64,000 bases of DNA from an uncultured Phycisphaerales bacterium (GCA_963758525.1 CAVWVQ010000003.1:4608001-4672000), one strand, 5' to 3'. Shown: positions 31,617 to 42,144, counted from the stretch's first letter. The notes: generated by a model not told the origin, from the letters alone. Program-made: numbers and translations.

Positions 31617-31701
31617 GTGACCATCTTGACCGCGGAATGAGCAGAGGCAAGAATCCGTCGGTCGAGAGCGACGGAACGATGCGTCTGATCGCAAGGAGAT
31701 G

Positions 31702-31933
31702 CATGTCACTGAAATCACCAGCTCGGAAACTCCGGAACAAGCGGCCCCGTGCTCAGGCGCGCACGTCAACTCATCCATCGTTCCCAGCGCTTGACCCCAA
31801 CGCGAATGCTCTTCCGTTCAGGGTAACGGCATTAGCGGCAGCCGCCTTTAAGCCGCCAGCAATTTCTGATGCGATCGAAAGCCTGCCGCTTTTCGACAAA
31901 TCGAAGGCAGTCCGCGTCGCCAAGAAGAAGTGA
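31702..31933 (+). CDS. Small basic hypothetical protein, possible antitoxin partner
   Basis: ATG after aaggag; stop 16 bp before the PemK-like ORF. Confidence 0.4.
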
Positions 31934-31949
31934 CGAAGCTTATTCTGAG

Positions 31950-32430
31950 GTGGGATTGGCTCCTTTACGACCTGATTACCGCCACGGCAGGATAGTCATA
32001 GCACGACTGCTCGGGCGGAACGGCAAACGGGAAGAGCATCCTGCGATACTCATTTCTCCGCACCAGGAGATCGTTCAACCCGAACAGTTTGACCCTCGAT
32101 CCGGAGGCAGGCGCCATACGTTCCAATCTTGTCGCCGCGATGGGAGTAAGTACGAAGTACCGGGAATTTAGCGACCCGCACATCACGCTGCCTGTTGGCG
32201 CGCAGACCCAACTCACGAGAGATTGCGCCGCGATCCTAAACTGGTACGCGGTATTGGACATTCCGGATGACTGCGAATACCTGCTTGGAGATGTGCCGCC
32301 TCCTCTGATGCTGCAAATCAACGATGCGTATCGCAAGCATCTCAGGAGAAGACTTGGCGCTGCGCGGAACGATTGCGGAGTTGCTGGGATTACTCGGATC
32401 GCGTTCAAAAAGATTGCGAGGGACAGCCCC
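31950..32430 (+). CDS. PemK/MazF-like toxin fold protein (frameshift near 32105; 3' end uncertain)
   Basis: HGRIVIARLLGRNGKREEHPAILISP ... VAAMGVST..PHITLP..TQLTRDCAAILNW..LGDVPPPLMLQI follows the PemK pattern. Confidence 0.55.
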
Positions 32431-32436
32431 ATGGCG

Positions 32437-33230
32437 TCAATTCCCCATCGCGCCCTTGATCTGAATCTGGCCCGTCGGCTGGGGCAAGCCACCGGTTGGC
32501 TCGTCAGTGACTGCCGCGATCGCGCCGCTTCCAATATTCGGTGGCACTGAACCCGTGAGATATCCGACTCCCGCTGCATCCACACCGAACGTGCCGGCGG
32601 CGATTGGCTTCCGGCCTTTGGGGATCAGCCAGAATTCGTAGGTCTTGTCCGGGGGGAGCGCTTGAGCCCGCGGGCGGCAAACCACCATTTCCCAAGTTGC
32701 GGGTCCATGAAGACGCGACCCTGGGCCGACGGAAGCGCGGCTCCCTCAAGCGACACCATCAGGGCCGACGGCGAACGAATCGCGCGGGCGGTTTGCTGCT
32801 CCGTAGCCAGCGCAATGCGCAGATCGGAAAGCTGCTGATCACGCTGATCCAACTGCGCGGTGAGTTGCGCGACGGAACGCGCTTCGCGCATCCAGGCTCC
32901 GCCGACGACGATCAGCACCGCGGCGGCGATGGCCCCGCCGATCAGCGCACCGATCCACCACGTGCTCCGTACCGGCGCGACCGTTCCGACTTTGCGGGCA
33001 CCGGCCGATTCGCGGACACGAGCCAGCAGACGCTCGCGAATGCCGCCGGGCGCTTCTGTCATTGGCAGCGCCAGCGGGAGCATGGTCAGCGTCGCCTGCA
33101 GTTCCGCCAGGCGCCCGGCACAACGCGGGCATCCGCTGGCCAGATGAGCGCGCAGCATTTCCAATTCGTCCTGCGGCAGCGTGCCCAGCGCGAGTTCGAT
33201 CAGTCGGTCGTCGTACTCTTCACATTTCAA
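32437..33230 (-). CDS. RskA-type anti-sigma factor (frameshift near 32660)
   Basis: ELALGTL..AHLASGCPRC (zinc-binding ASD), TM helix, C-terminal DKTYEFWLI..PIAAGTF..AVTDEPTGGLPQPTG. Confidence 0.88.
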
Positions 33231-33305
33231 GCCAACATTCCTTCGTCTTACATAAATACGTTCCACAAGCGCCAGCGGATGCTTCGACGGTCGTTGGATG
33301 TCAGA

Positions 33306-33905
33306 TTATTCAGCATCAGGGTCGCCCAATAACTTTCCGAGCCTTAACAACGCTTGACGAATGCGGGACTTGATGGTGCCCAGCGGCGCATTGAGCCGGG
33401 CGGCAACTTCGGTGTGCGTCAGCGCCTCATAAAAAGCCAGTTCCAGCGCTTCGCGATCCGGAGGCGCGAGCTGTTCCAGAGCCGCGCGAACGCGAATCTT
33501 CTGCTCATGGACCAGCGCATCAGTCACTGGCGAGGATTCGCTGGACGCAAGGGGTGCGACGCGTCGCTCCTGACCGAGAGTCGCTTCGTCAGGCAGGCGC
33601 TTGCGAGCCCGGCCTGCCCGCAACCGATCCACCGCGCGGCTGCGCGTGACGCCAAGCAGGTAAGCCATCGGCGTCCCGCGGGTTGGATCGAAACGGTCGG
33701 CCCGCTCCCAGATCTCCCAGAAGACGTCCAGAACGACATCTTCGCAGGCCATTCGATCGCCGAGCATCCTGAAACACAGTGAGTGCAGCAGTGTGCCATA
33801 GCGATCGTACAAGCGTGCCAGCGCAGCGTCATCGCGTGCTGCGATCGCCTTCAGCAACGCATAGTCATCGGGGAGTTGAAGGGTACGATCAGCCGGCCGC
33901 GCCAT
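33306..33905 (-). CDS. ECF RNA polymerase sigma factor (SigK-like)
   Basis: ALARLYDRY, FDPTRG, RSRAVDRLR, ELAFYEALTHTEVAARLNAPLGTIKSRIR. Confidence 0.92.
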   Translation of the reverse strand: MARPADRTLQLPDDYALLKAIAARDDAALARLYDRYGTLLHSLCFRMLGDRMACEDVVLDVFWEIWERADRFDPTRGTPMAYLLGVTRSRAVDRLRAGRARKRLPDEATLGQERRVAPLASSESSPVTDALVHEQKIRVRAALEQLAPPDREALELAFYEALTHTEVAARLNAPLGTIKSRIRQALLRLGKLLGDPDAE

Positions 33906-34042
33906 CCGAGGAATTCCCTTGCCAGCGGCTTGAACGGCTCCGCCCGCCCGATTGTAACGTGCCAGGATTCTCTTAGGAACCTGCGAACTACATCCACGCA
34001 AAATACATCCGGGTTGAGCGATCCTGCGTATTGCCCGGTGCC

Positions 34043-34582
34043 ATGACACTTGCAGAACCAGATTTCGCGGCGTTAGCGGTCGAACAGTTTGACGCCTTGT
34101 ACGGCCTGGCACGGCGACTGAGCGGCGATCCCGCCCGTGCCGAGGACCTGGTGCAGGAGACCTACCTCAGGGCTTTGCGCGCCCGCGAATCGTTTCATCT
34201 CGAAGAATTCGGCATTCGCCCCTGGCTGATGCGCATTTTGCATAATCTCCACGTCACGCGCTCCACGCGCGAATCGCGCCAGCCGATGGCCGTCGAAGCC
34301 GAGGCGTTGGAACGGGTTGCGGGCGGAAGCGGCGGAGGCAGGACCATGCGCGCATTGGCCGCGGATGATATGGATCAGGAGTTGGTGTGGGCGATCGATG
34401 CGCTGCCCGCGTCATACCGCGCGGTGCTGTTGCTGTGGGCTGTGGAAGAAAAGAGCTATGCCGAGATTGCCGAAGCACTCTCACTTCCCCCCGGCACGGT
34501 CATGAGCCGCCTGCATCGGGCGCGCAAACGCATTTGTGAGCAAATGGGTCGAACGGAGCTGAGCCGAAATTCCCTCGCATGA
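34043..34582 (+). CDS. ECF RNA polymerase sigma factor
   Basis: AEDLVQETYLRA, WLMRILHN, SYAEIAEALSLPPGTVMSRLHRAR. Confidence 0.92.
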   Translation: MTLAEPDFAALAVEQFDALYGLARRLSGDPARAEDLVQETYLRALRARESFHLEEFGIRPWLMRILHNLHVTRSTRESRQPMAVEAEALERVAGGSGGGRTMRALAADDMDQELVWAIDALPASYRAVLLLWAVEEKSYAEIAEALSLPPGTVMSRLHRARKRICEQMGRTELSRNSLA

Positions 34583-34616
34583 ACATCGATGGGCAGCAAA
34601 ACAACTGCTCCTCCGC

Positions 34617-35537
34617 TTAGCTCGGGCGGCCGTTGAGCGAGTCATTGAGGGCGTTGTTATCGCCGTGGTGTCGCATGAGATGCTGGATGATTTCGAGCTT
34701 GCGGGTGACGGTGCACATCGAATCGGGGCGTTTGGCTGGGGAGGTTCTGACGCACTCCATCACCAGGCTGGAAAGGTTCTCCGGGACCAGGTGATTGTGA
34801 TCGAGCGGGGACGGAATGCGCGCGTCAAAGAGGAAGCTGTTGGCCCCCTTATTCAGATTGAAGAGCGTTGGAATATGCTTTCCGCACAGCGCCCAGTAGA
34901 GCGTTGCGCCGAAATTGAAGACATCGGTTCGGCAGGTGACAGCCTCGCACTTCACCTGCTCAGGAGCCATGTAATCGGGAGTGCCCTGCACCCGCTCCTT
35001 GATGGTGCCGGCCCGGCAGGCTTGTCCGAGATCGATCACCTTCATGTCGTCATTATTGGCGCGGAGCAGATTGTTGGGCTTGAGATCGCAGTGAACCCAA
35101 CCCGCATTGTGCATGGCGGCGAGAGCCTGGCCGACTTTGATGAAGCATTCGAGCGTCTCATCAATGCTGGTGGTAGGCCGCGCTTCGAGCGATTCTCCGT
35201 CGAACAGTTCCAGCACGAGGCCTGCCTCCACGGTTTTGCGGAGCAGCGTACGATTCATTTTCAACTCGATCGATCGCCGCAGCGCCGGATGGTTCACGGC
35301 CCGGCCTGCTTCGAGCTCGGTCTGCAGCTGGGTGATGAATCTTTCAGACTTGTCGTTGGTTCGCACGACGTGTTTGAGAGCGTAGATCTGATGCGTGAGC
35401 GGTTCGCTGACTGCGTAGAGGCTGCTGCCGGCGCCTTGGCCGAGATATTCCAACACGTCATAGCCGAAGAGCTTTTTCGGGATCAGGTGGTCGCCGCCCT
35501 TCGGATTGGCCCAGTTCATTGGATGGTCGGCAAACAT
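34617..35537 (-). CDS. Serine/threonine protein kinase
   Basis: LGQGAGS, YALKH, HCDLKPNN, IDLG, GTPDYMAPEQ, DVFNFG. Confidence 0.92.
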   Translation of the reverse strand: MFADHPMNWANPKGGDHLIPKKLFGYDVLEYLGQGAGSSLYAVSEPLTHQIYALKHVVRTNDKSERFITQLQTELEAGRAVNHPALRRSIELKMNRTLLRKTVEAGLVLELFDGESLEARPTTSIDETLECFIKVGQALAAMHNAGWVHCDLKPNNLLRANNDDMKVIDLGQACRAGTIKERVQGTPDYMAPEQVKCEAVTCRTDVFNFGATLYWALCGKHIPTLFNLNKGANSFLFDARIPSPLDHNHLVPENLSSLVMECVRTSPAKRPDSMCTVTRKLEIIQHLMRHHGDNNALNDSLNGRPS

Positions 35538-35802
35538 CAATGTCCCCGGTCTGTCGCCTGCGAAATGCCGTTTGCGCCCCGAGATCGGAATCCACACACC
35601 GAACAAGTTGTTATCTGTAAACGTCAGCCGTCGCGCTCCCGCAGTTGGGCGGCAGCGCGCAGACGACATTGAAGATATTCCCGACTGGCCCGTTATCAGA
35701 CGCCACGCGCCCACCAGAAAGCGTCCGACTCTTCACAACCTCAGTGTGAATCAGTTTATCAACACGGCGACATGCGTCAATGCTTTAATTGCCGTGGGCC
35801 CG

Positions 35803-36160
35803 CTATTTCTGCGGTTTTATTCGCGCCTCGAGTGCTTCGCGGCGCGTGGCAAAAACGGGAATCAGCCGATGCAGCCGAGTGATCTTGACGGCTTGGACCA
35901 ATTGAGGGTTGAGGCCGCAGAGAACGACCTCTCCGCCGGGAAAGGCGCTCGAGGCGCAGATGTGCCCGCAGCACCATACTGAGCGCCTGGCTGGAGGCAT
36001 GTTTCACGCGATGAAAGTCGAAGAGCAAGCGGCGCATGCCGCCGTCGACCAGCGCTTGAACTGCCTTTTCGACCGTTTCGATCTCCAGGCCGTTGAGGAG
36101 GGTCGAAGTTTGAAAGACGAGGACTGTGAAACCGTCCTGTTCTTTGGTTCTGAAAATCAT
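35803..36160 (-). CDS. STAS-domain anti-sigma factor antagonist (frameshifted)
   Basis: LLFDFHRVKHASSQALSMVL ... GGEVVLCGLNPQLVQAVKITRLHRLIPVFATRREAL. Confidence 0.8.
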
Positions 36161-36299
36161 AATTGCGCCAAAGTCCGTTTCGCGCGGTGCCCGGATCGAC
36201 CGGTTCAGTGACCGCAACGGTATACCATAAAAATCTTTGAGGCGGCGCGGTCATCGAAGTATGCTACGATGGCGGCGGCAGGTCATTGAGGCGGCGGCG

Positions 36300-37889
36300 A
36301 TGGATATATCCTCCCTCGGTCCGAATCTTCTGCGGACGTTGATCGATCATCTCCCGGACTCCATCTATGTCAAAGATGTGCAGGGGCGCTATGTCCTGGA
36401 CAATGCCACACACATGCATCTGCTGGGGGCGAACTCAACCGATCAGGTTCTAGGGAAGACAGCGTACGACTTTTTCCCCGTAGGTCTGGCTTCGCGCTAC
36501 GACCATGACGATCAGACGGTGATTCAGACCGGTCAGTCATTGCTCAACCGCGAGGAGCCGATCGTGGACAGCAACGGCGAGCCGCGATGGATCGTCACCT
36601 CGAAGGTGGCGTTGAGAAACGGCGGCGCGGAAGTGATCGGGCTGGTGGGAATCAGTCGGGATATCACGCATCAAAAGCGCACCGTGGAAGAGCGTGACCG
36701 GTTCTTTCAACTGACGCCCGATCTTCTCTGCATCGCCGGATTTGACGGCTTCTTCAAGCAGCTCAACCCGGCATGGACGGCAACGTTTCAGTACAGCGCG
36801 GCCGAGCTGATGGCGGTTCCCTATATCGAGTTTGTTCATCCTGACGATCGTCATGCCACGATGGCCCAGGCCGCGAATATCGCGCGTGGCGCGCCGGCAT
36901 CGCAGTTCAAGAGTCGCTACCGCGCGCGGGACGGATCGTATAAATGGCTTTCGTGGAGCGTGTCGCCGTCGACTGAGCACGGGCTGTTCTATGGGGTTGC
37001 CCGCGACATCACCGAGTCGCGCGAGGCCGAGCAGCGGCTGGTGGCCGCCAACATCGAGTTGGCGCGCAGCGAAGCGCAGCTTCTGGAGACGATGTCGGCG
37101 CTGCGGGCTTCGCACGAGGATCTGATCCAAGCGCAGATGCACCTGATCCAGGCGGAAAAGATGGATTCGGTGGGGCGGCTGGCGGCAGGCGTTGCGCACG
37201 AGGTGAAAAACCCGCTGGCGATCCTGCTGATGGGCGTGGAGTACCTGTCGAATCATTTGCCGCCCGGGGCGGCCAACGCGCCCAACGTGATCCGCGCCAT
37301 GCGGGACGCGATTCACCGGGCGGACCGCATCGTCCGCGGCATGCTGGATTTTTCCAGCGACCGCCAACTCAACATCCAGCAGCACGACATCCGCGCCGTC
37401 ATCGAGCAGTCGCTGCTGCTCGTGAAGCACGAATTGCTGACCGGGCGCGTCGCGGTGAAGCTCGACCTGCCGGAAGGGTTGCCTCACCTGCAGTTGGACG
37501 CGACCAAAATGCAGCAGGTATTTGTAAACCTCTTCATGAATGCGATCCACGCAATGCCAGGGGGAGGCAGCCTGTCGGTCAGCGCCTGTTCGTCGGTGTT
37601 CCGCGAATCGACGGCCTACGATTCGTCGCGCGCGACATCTTCACGTCCCGGCGATCCCGTGGTGCTGGTCACCATTGAGGACACGGGGCACGGCATACCT
37701 GCCGACAAACTGTCAAGGGTCTTCGATCCGTTCTTCACGACCAAGCCGCCAGGCAAGGGGACGGGATTGGGAATGACCGTTACGCGAAAGATCATCGAGT
37801 TGCACGGCGGAGCCATCGATCTGCGAAATCGTCCCGAGCGGGGCGTGGTGGTCACGCTGGTTCTCAAGTGCCCGGAATACGCCACATGA
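36300..37889 (+). CDS. PAS-PAS sensor histidine kinase
   Basis: Two PAS/PAC domains, AGVAHEVKNPL H-box, QVFVNLFMNAIHAM, DTGHGI, FDPFFTTK, GTGLG. Confidence 0.95.
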   Translation: MDISSLGPNLLRTLIDHLPDSIYVKDVQGRYVLDNATHMHLLGANSTDQVLGKTAYDFFPVGLASRYDHDDQTVIQTGQSLLNREEPIVDSNGEPRWIVTSKVALRNGGAEVIGLVGISRDITHQKRTVEERDRFFQLTPDLLCIAGFDGFFKQLNPAWTATFQYSAAELMAVPYIEFVHPDDRHATMAQAANIARGAPASQFKSRYRARDGSYKWLSWSVSPSTEHGLFYGVARDITESREAEQRLVAANIELARSEAQLLETMSALRASHEDLIQAQMHLIQAEKMDSVGRLAAGVAHEVKNPLAILLMGVEYLSNHLPPGAANAPNVIRAMRDAIHRADRIVRGMLDFSSDRQLNIQQHDIRAVIEQSLLLVKHELLTGRVAVKLDLPEGLPHLQLDATKMQQVFVNLFMNAIHAMPGGGSLSVSACSSVFRESTAYDSSRATSSRPGDPVVLVTIEDTGHGIPADKLSRVFDPFFTTKPPGKGTGLGMTVTRKIIELHGGAIDLRNRPERGVVVTLVLKCPEYAT

Positions 37890-38254
37890 CAAAAAAAATT
37901 CTCGTTGTCGATGATGAACCGGATCTCACCATGCTGATCCGTCTGAACCTCGAACCCACGTACGAAGTGCGCGAGGAAAACAGCGCACTGCAGGCGGTCC
38001 AGACCGCGCGCGAATTCAAACCGGACCTGATTCTGCTGGATGTGATGATGCCCGACCTGGAAGGGGGCGACATTGCCGCGGCGATCGATGCGGATCCGAC
38101 GTTGAAGCACACCCCGATTATTTTCCTCACTGCAACGGTGCTGCGCGAGGAGCTTTCCGCGCCGGTGGCGTTCATCGGGGGAAGGCCGTTCATGGCCAAG
38201 CCGGTGGATATGGAAGCGCTGGCGTCCACGATCGAGAAGGTGCTTGCCGCTTAG
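37886..38254 (+). CDS. Single-domain response regulator
   Basis: KILVVDDE, PDLILLDVMMP, FLTA, KP. Confidence 0.93.
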   Translation: MTKKILVVDDEPDLTMLIRLNLEPTYEVREENSALQAVQTAREFKPDLILLDVMMPDLEGGDIAAAIDADPTLKHTPIIFLTATVLREELSAPVAFIGGRPFMAKPVDMEALASTIEKVLAA

Positions 38255-38272
38255 AGCAGTTTTCAGGTTCGA

Positions 38273-39657
38273 TCAACCGCGTTGAATCTCGCTGAACGTT
38301 ACCGCGTCCAGGTCAAGGCCGGCGAAGATGCCTGAGTCGAAGTAGAGCTGCACAACCCGGCCGACATGGCGGCGTTGTCCGTGCAGTATGCCGGGGGCGG
38401 AAAAAAGACGGGGAGCCGGAATCGGCTCATGGCCAGGCGCAATCCGCGATTGGCGGAAACGCCGCCGCCGATGACGACAGATCGCGCGCCGGTGCGCAGT
38501 GCTGCGCGTTCGATCTTTTCGAGCAACACGTCTATGCATGCCGCCTGGAAGGAGGCGGCGATGTCGTGAAGATGCTGGCCGGTCGGCGCGGGAATCTGAG
38601 ACGCCTTGACGTTTTCACCGCGGCGCGGGACGCCGCGAACATGATAGAGCACGGCCGTCTTCAGTCCGCTGAAGGAAAAGTCGAGCGAATCCGGCGTCAG
38701 AAGTGTGCGCGGGAAGCGGATGGCGTTGGGATCGCCGGTCCGCGCGAGATGATCGAGAATAGGTCCGCCGGGATAGCCCAGCCCCAACAGCGCGGCGACC
38801 TTGTCGTAGGCTTCGCCGACAGCATCGTCGATTGTGGAGCCGATGAGATGGACGTCGCGCCAGCCGGAACCGACGCGATACAGCGCGGTGTGCCCGCCGC
38901 TGCAGACCAGGCCGACGGCTGGAAACAGAACTTCCGTGGCGTCGAAAGATGGCTGCGGCAACTTCTGCCAAGGCAGCGGAGCATTTCTTGCCCTGTCCGC
39001 TGGTACTCCGGGGGAGGGTTGGGGTGGGGGCGGGGCCGTTTCCGAATCATGGTGGGATCTTGCGGAGATGCCGGGCGAGCCCCCACCCTGACCCTCCCCC
39101 GAAGTACCAGGGGAGGGGAAAAAGGAGGGGCCGATATCGCAACCGCTGTCCGTTAGTGAGACGGCACTGTTGCTTGCCGGCAGATGTTCCGGCAGTCGCG
39201 TGCCGGCGCGGTGCGGTTGCGACCCACCCGCGTCGCTCTCCAGCGTGACGCTATACAAGTGCGCGTGAACATGATCGATTCCGATCAGCGGCTTGCCCAG
39301 CGCCCATGCAAGCGTCTTGGCGGCAGTGACGCCGATGAGGAGCGAACCAATCAGCCCCGGGCGGTGAGCCACGGCGATTGCGTCGATTTCATCGAAGCTG
39401 CGCAACCCGGCGCTCGCGATCGCCTCGCGGAGGACCGGCAGAATGCTCTGCAGATGCGCGCGGCTGGCAATTTCCGGAACCACGCCACGATATTTTGCGT
39501 GCAGTTCAACCTGTGACGCGACGACGTTGGAGCGCACGCGATGACCGTCCGCCACAACGGCGGCGGCGGTTTCGTCGCAGGTCGATTCGATGCCAAGAAT
39601 CAGGCTCAATTGGTCATCTCCCAATTTTTTGCGATCTTCGATACTGTCAGTCTGCAA
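38273..39657 (-). CDS. tsaD: tRNA N6-adenosine threonylcarbamoyltransferase TsaD with a ~95-aa internal insertion (frameshift near 3' end)
   Basis: ILGIESTCDETAAA, GVVPEIASRAH, PGLIGSL, HVHAH, SGGHT, DDAVGEAYDK, GYPGGP, FSFSGLKTA, GGVSAN, CTDNAAM. Confidence 0.95.
39001..39118. repeat. REP-like inverted pair inside the tsaD coding sequence
   Basis: 39001-39031 and 39079-39109 are 31-bp inverted repeats (3 mismatches); the right arm extends into the hairpin ccctcccc-cgaagtacca-ggggaggg. Confidence 0.85.
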
Positions 39658-39676
39658 TTCTGCTCAAGGTCATCGC

Positions 39677-40804
39677 TCATTGCGGATTCGGAAATTCCGC
39701 ACGCGTGAATCGCCCGTCGACGTTGATTTTTTCCCCGTCGATCTCCACAAACCCGCCGGTTCGCAGATCGACCACCATGTCCCAATGGACGCCGCTCTGG
39801 TTCGCATTGCCGGTTTCAGGGTAGCCCGAACCGATGGCAAAATGCACGGTTCCGCCGATCTTTTCATCGAAGAGGGTATTTCGCGTGAAGCGGGTGATGC
39901 CGTAGTTGGTTCCGATCGCGCATTCGCCGAGGAATCGGCTGCCCGCATCGGTGTCGAGCATGGAGTAGAGGAAGTCCTGCCCTTTGCTGGCGGAGGCGTC
40001 GATCACCTTCCCGTTCTTGAAGACAAGTTTGACGTCCAGCACCTCCCGGCCGTGATGGACTGCGGGAAAGCTGAAGCAAATCGTACCGTTGACGCTGTCG
40101 AGGACCGGGCCGGTAAAGACCTCGCCGTCGGGGAAATTCTCATGGCCGTCGCAGTTGATCCAGCGATTCCCGGCAACGCACAGCCGCACGTCGGTTCCGT
40201 TGGCGGCGACGACGCGATAGTCGCTCTTGCCGTTCAGATAATCGGCCAGACGCTGCTGCCGTTCGCTGACGCGTCGCCACGCCGCGGCGGGATCGGGTTC
40301 GTGAAGAAGGCCGGCGCCATAGACGAACTGCTCATATTCGCTGAGGCTCATCTCTGCATCCTGCGCCGAGGCCTGCGTGGGGAATTGCGTCGCGGTCCAC
40401 TTTAAAGACCCCTCCGCCGCGCGCTGGAGAAAGCGCTCCATGATCGGCTTGCGAGCGGCCTGGGTCAGCCCCATTTTCTTCGGATCGCAGTTCGACAGCG
40501 CCCGCGTATTGGATTCCGCCCAGGCGCTGATTGAGCAATCGATCTTTTCATTTTCGAACTGTGCGATCGGATTCAGGTGGCGAAGCTGTTCGTCGCTGCC
40601 GTTCTTGAGCAGAATCTCGCCCAGTTCCTCCGGTCCGACGCGCACAAAGGGGTGTGCCCCGGCGGCGAGGGCTGCGCGATAGACCTCAATCAACAGCGGC
40701 AGCGCCAGGACCGGACCGCTGACGCGAACAAGCTGATCCTTGTTCACAGCGGCGCTGTAATTCACCAGAACATCGGCCAATTTGATAATATTTGTGTCGG
40801 CCAT
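39677..40804 (-). CDS. Aminopeptidase (M29/AmpS family)
   Basis: KLADVLVNYS, AQDAEMSL, NFPDGEVFTGP, LGECAIGTN, TLFDEKIGGTVHFAIG, HWDMV. Confidence 0.93.
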   Translation of the reverse strand: MADTNIIKLADVLVNYSAAVNKDQLVRVSGPVLALPLLIEVYRAALAAGAHPFVRVGPEELGEILLKNGSDEQLRHLNPIAQFENEKIDCSISAWAESNTRALSNCDPKKMGLTQAARKPIMERFLQRAAEGSLKWTATQFPTQASAQDAEMSLSEYEQFVYGAGLLHEPDPAAAWRRVSERQQRLADYLNGKSDYRVVAANGTDVRLCVAGNRWINCDGHENFPDGEVFTGPVLDSVNGTICFSFPAVHHGREVLDVKLVFKNGKVIDASASKGQDFLYSMLDTDAGSRFLGECAIGTNYGITRFTRNTLFDEKIGGTVHFAIGSGYPETGNANQSGVHWDMVVDLRTGGFVEIDGEKINVDGRFTRAEFPNPQ

Positions 40805-40910
40805 CGGGTTGAACTCCTTTGATCGCGGCTTTGCGGATTTTGCGCGTGCCGCTGGAGAGTGAGGTTGGATACTATGCTCTGGGATTTTAATCAATTGTTC
40901 TGGAGGCCTT

Positions 40911-41096
40911 ATGCGTTTGTTCAAGATGTTGGCGTATGCACTGATGGGATATGCGATTTATGAGTTCGTCCGCGGCATGGCCGAAGACCCGCAGGAGCGT
41001 CGCCCTGTAAGCAGCCGGCCCCCGCAGCCTGTTTCCCGTCCGCGTTCGGGAAACGCGTCTGGAAACGCGGCACGCGGAGCCGCTGCCGCATCGTAA
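40911..41096 (+). CDS. Small hypothetical protein
   Basis: ggagg RBS, hydrophobic N-terminus, 13 bp upstream of gnd. Confidence 0.5.
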   Translation: MRLFKMLAYALMGYAIYEFVRGMAEDPQERRPVSSRPPQPVSRPRSGNASGNAARGAAAAS

Positions 41097-41109
41097 TGGA
41101 GCACAGCAA

Positions 41110-42069
41110 ATGCAAATCGGATTCGTCGGTCTGGGAAAAATGGGCGGCAACATGACGCTGCGCCTGGTGCAGGGGGCTCCCGACGGAAGCGTCGCGGGCG
41201 GGCACCAGGTTGTTGGATTTGCCAAGGATCCCAATCCGGATTTGGACAATGTTGCCGGCGTGACCCTCAAGAAAACGCTTGAAGGGATGGTGGATGCGCT
41301 GGCGCTGCCGCGCGTGGTGTGGGTGATGGTGCCCGCAGGCGACGCGACGGAATCGGTCATCACGGAACTGGCCGGGTTGTTGAAGGAGGGTGACATCATT
41401 ATCGACGGAGGCAACAGCCATTACGTCGATTCCGTCCGGCGTCATCAGGGATTGACCAACCGACACATCGGCTTTGTCGACGCGGGCACCAGCGGCGGCA
41501 TCTGGGGACGCACCGAGGGTTACTGCATGATGGTGGGGGGCTCGGATCGCGACGTCGAATTCTGCAAGCCCGTCTTCGACACACTCGCCCCGCGCGGCGG
41601 GTGGGTGCGCGTGGGCCCCGCAGGTTCCGGTCATTTTGTGAAGATGGTTCACAACGGGATCGAATACGGGCTGATGGAGGCGTATGCCGAGGGTTTTGAA
41701 GTCCTGCACAAGGCGCCATTCCCGATCGATCTGCCGGCCGTCGCGGCGGTGTGGAACCGCGGCAGCGTGATTCGTTCCTGGCTGCTGGAGCTGACCGAGT
41801 CGATGTTCAAGACGGAAGGAAAATCGCTGGAGCAGATTCAACCGTATGTGCACGACAGCGGCGAGGGCAAGTGGACCATCAGCGCCGCCATGGAAGAATC
41901 CGTCCCGGTGCCGGTCATTTCCGCCGCATTGTTCGCCCGCTTCGCCTCCCGCGATCCGGAAAATTTTGCGGCGAGGTTCACCGCGGGTCTGCGCAATCAA
42001 TTTGGCGGCCACGCCATCGAACGTGCGGGCGCCAAGACCCTCAAGCCGACGGGGGAAACCTCGAAATAA
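41110..42069 (+). CDS. gnd: 6-phosphogluconate dehydrogenase, decarboxylating (short type)
   Basis: IGFVGLGKMG, WVMVPAG, IDGGNS, GTSGG, GHFVKMVHNGIEYG, DSGEGKWT, LRNQFGGH. Confidence 0.95.
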   Translation: MQIGFVGLGKMGGNMTLRLVQGAPDGSVAGGHQVVGFAKDPNPDLDNVAGVTLKKTLEGMVDALALPRVVWVMVPAGDATESVITELAGLLKEGDIIIDGGNSHYVDSVRRHQGLTNRHIGFVDAGTSGGIWGRTEGYCMMVGGSDRDVEFCKPVFDTLAPRGGWVRVGPAGSGHFVKMVHNGIEYGLMEAYAEGFEVLHKAPFPIDLPAVAAVWNRGSVIRSWLLELTESMFKTEGKSLEQIQPYVHDSGEGKWTISAAMEESVPVPVISAALFARFASRDPENFAARFTAGLRNQFGGHAIERAGAKTLKPTGETSK

Positions 42070-42073
42070 AACT

Positions 42074-42144
42074 GGTGATCGGTGATTGGAACGTGACCGG
42101 AACAGTCGTCGCCTGTTCTTGTCACGTTCCAATCACCAATCACC
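42074..42144. repeat. Long intergenic hairpin between gnd and zwf
   Basis: ggtgatcggtgattggaacgtgac ... gtcacgttccaatcaccaatcacc (24 bp, 1 mismatch) plus inner gaacag/ctgttc stem. Confidence 0.8.

Noticed and set aside
38926..39237. Intein or intron in tsaD
   Set aside because: No Cys/Ser-start with His-Asn-end intein motifs and no group I/II intron features; the insert is low-complexity and repeat-derived.
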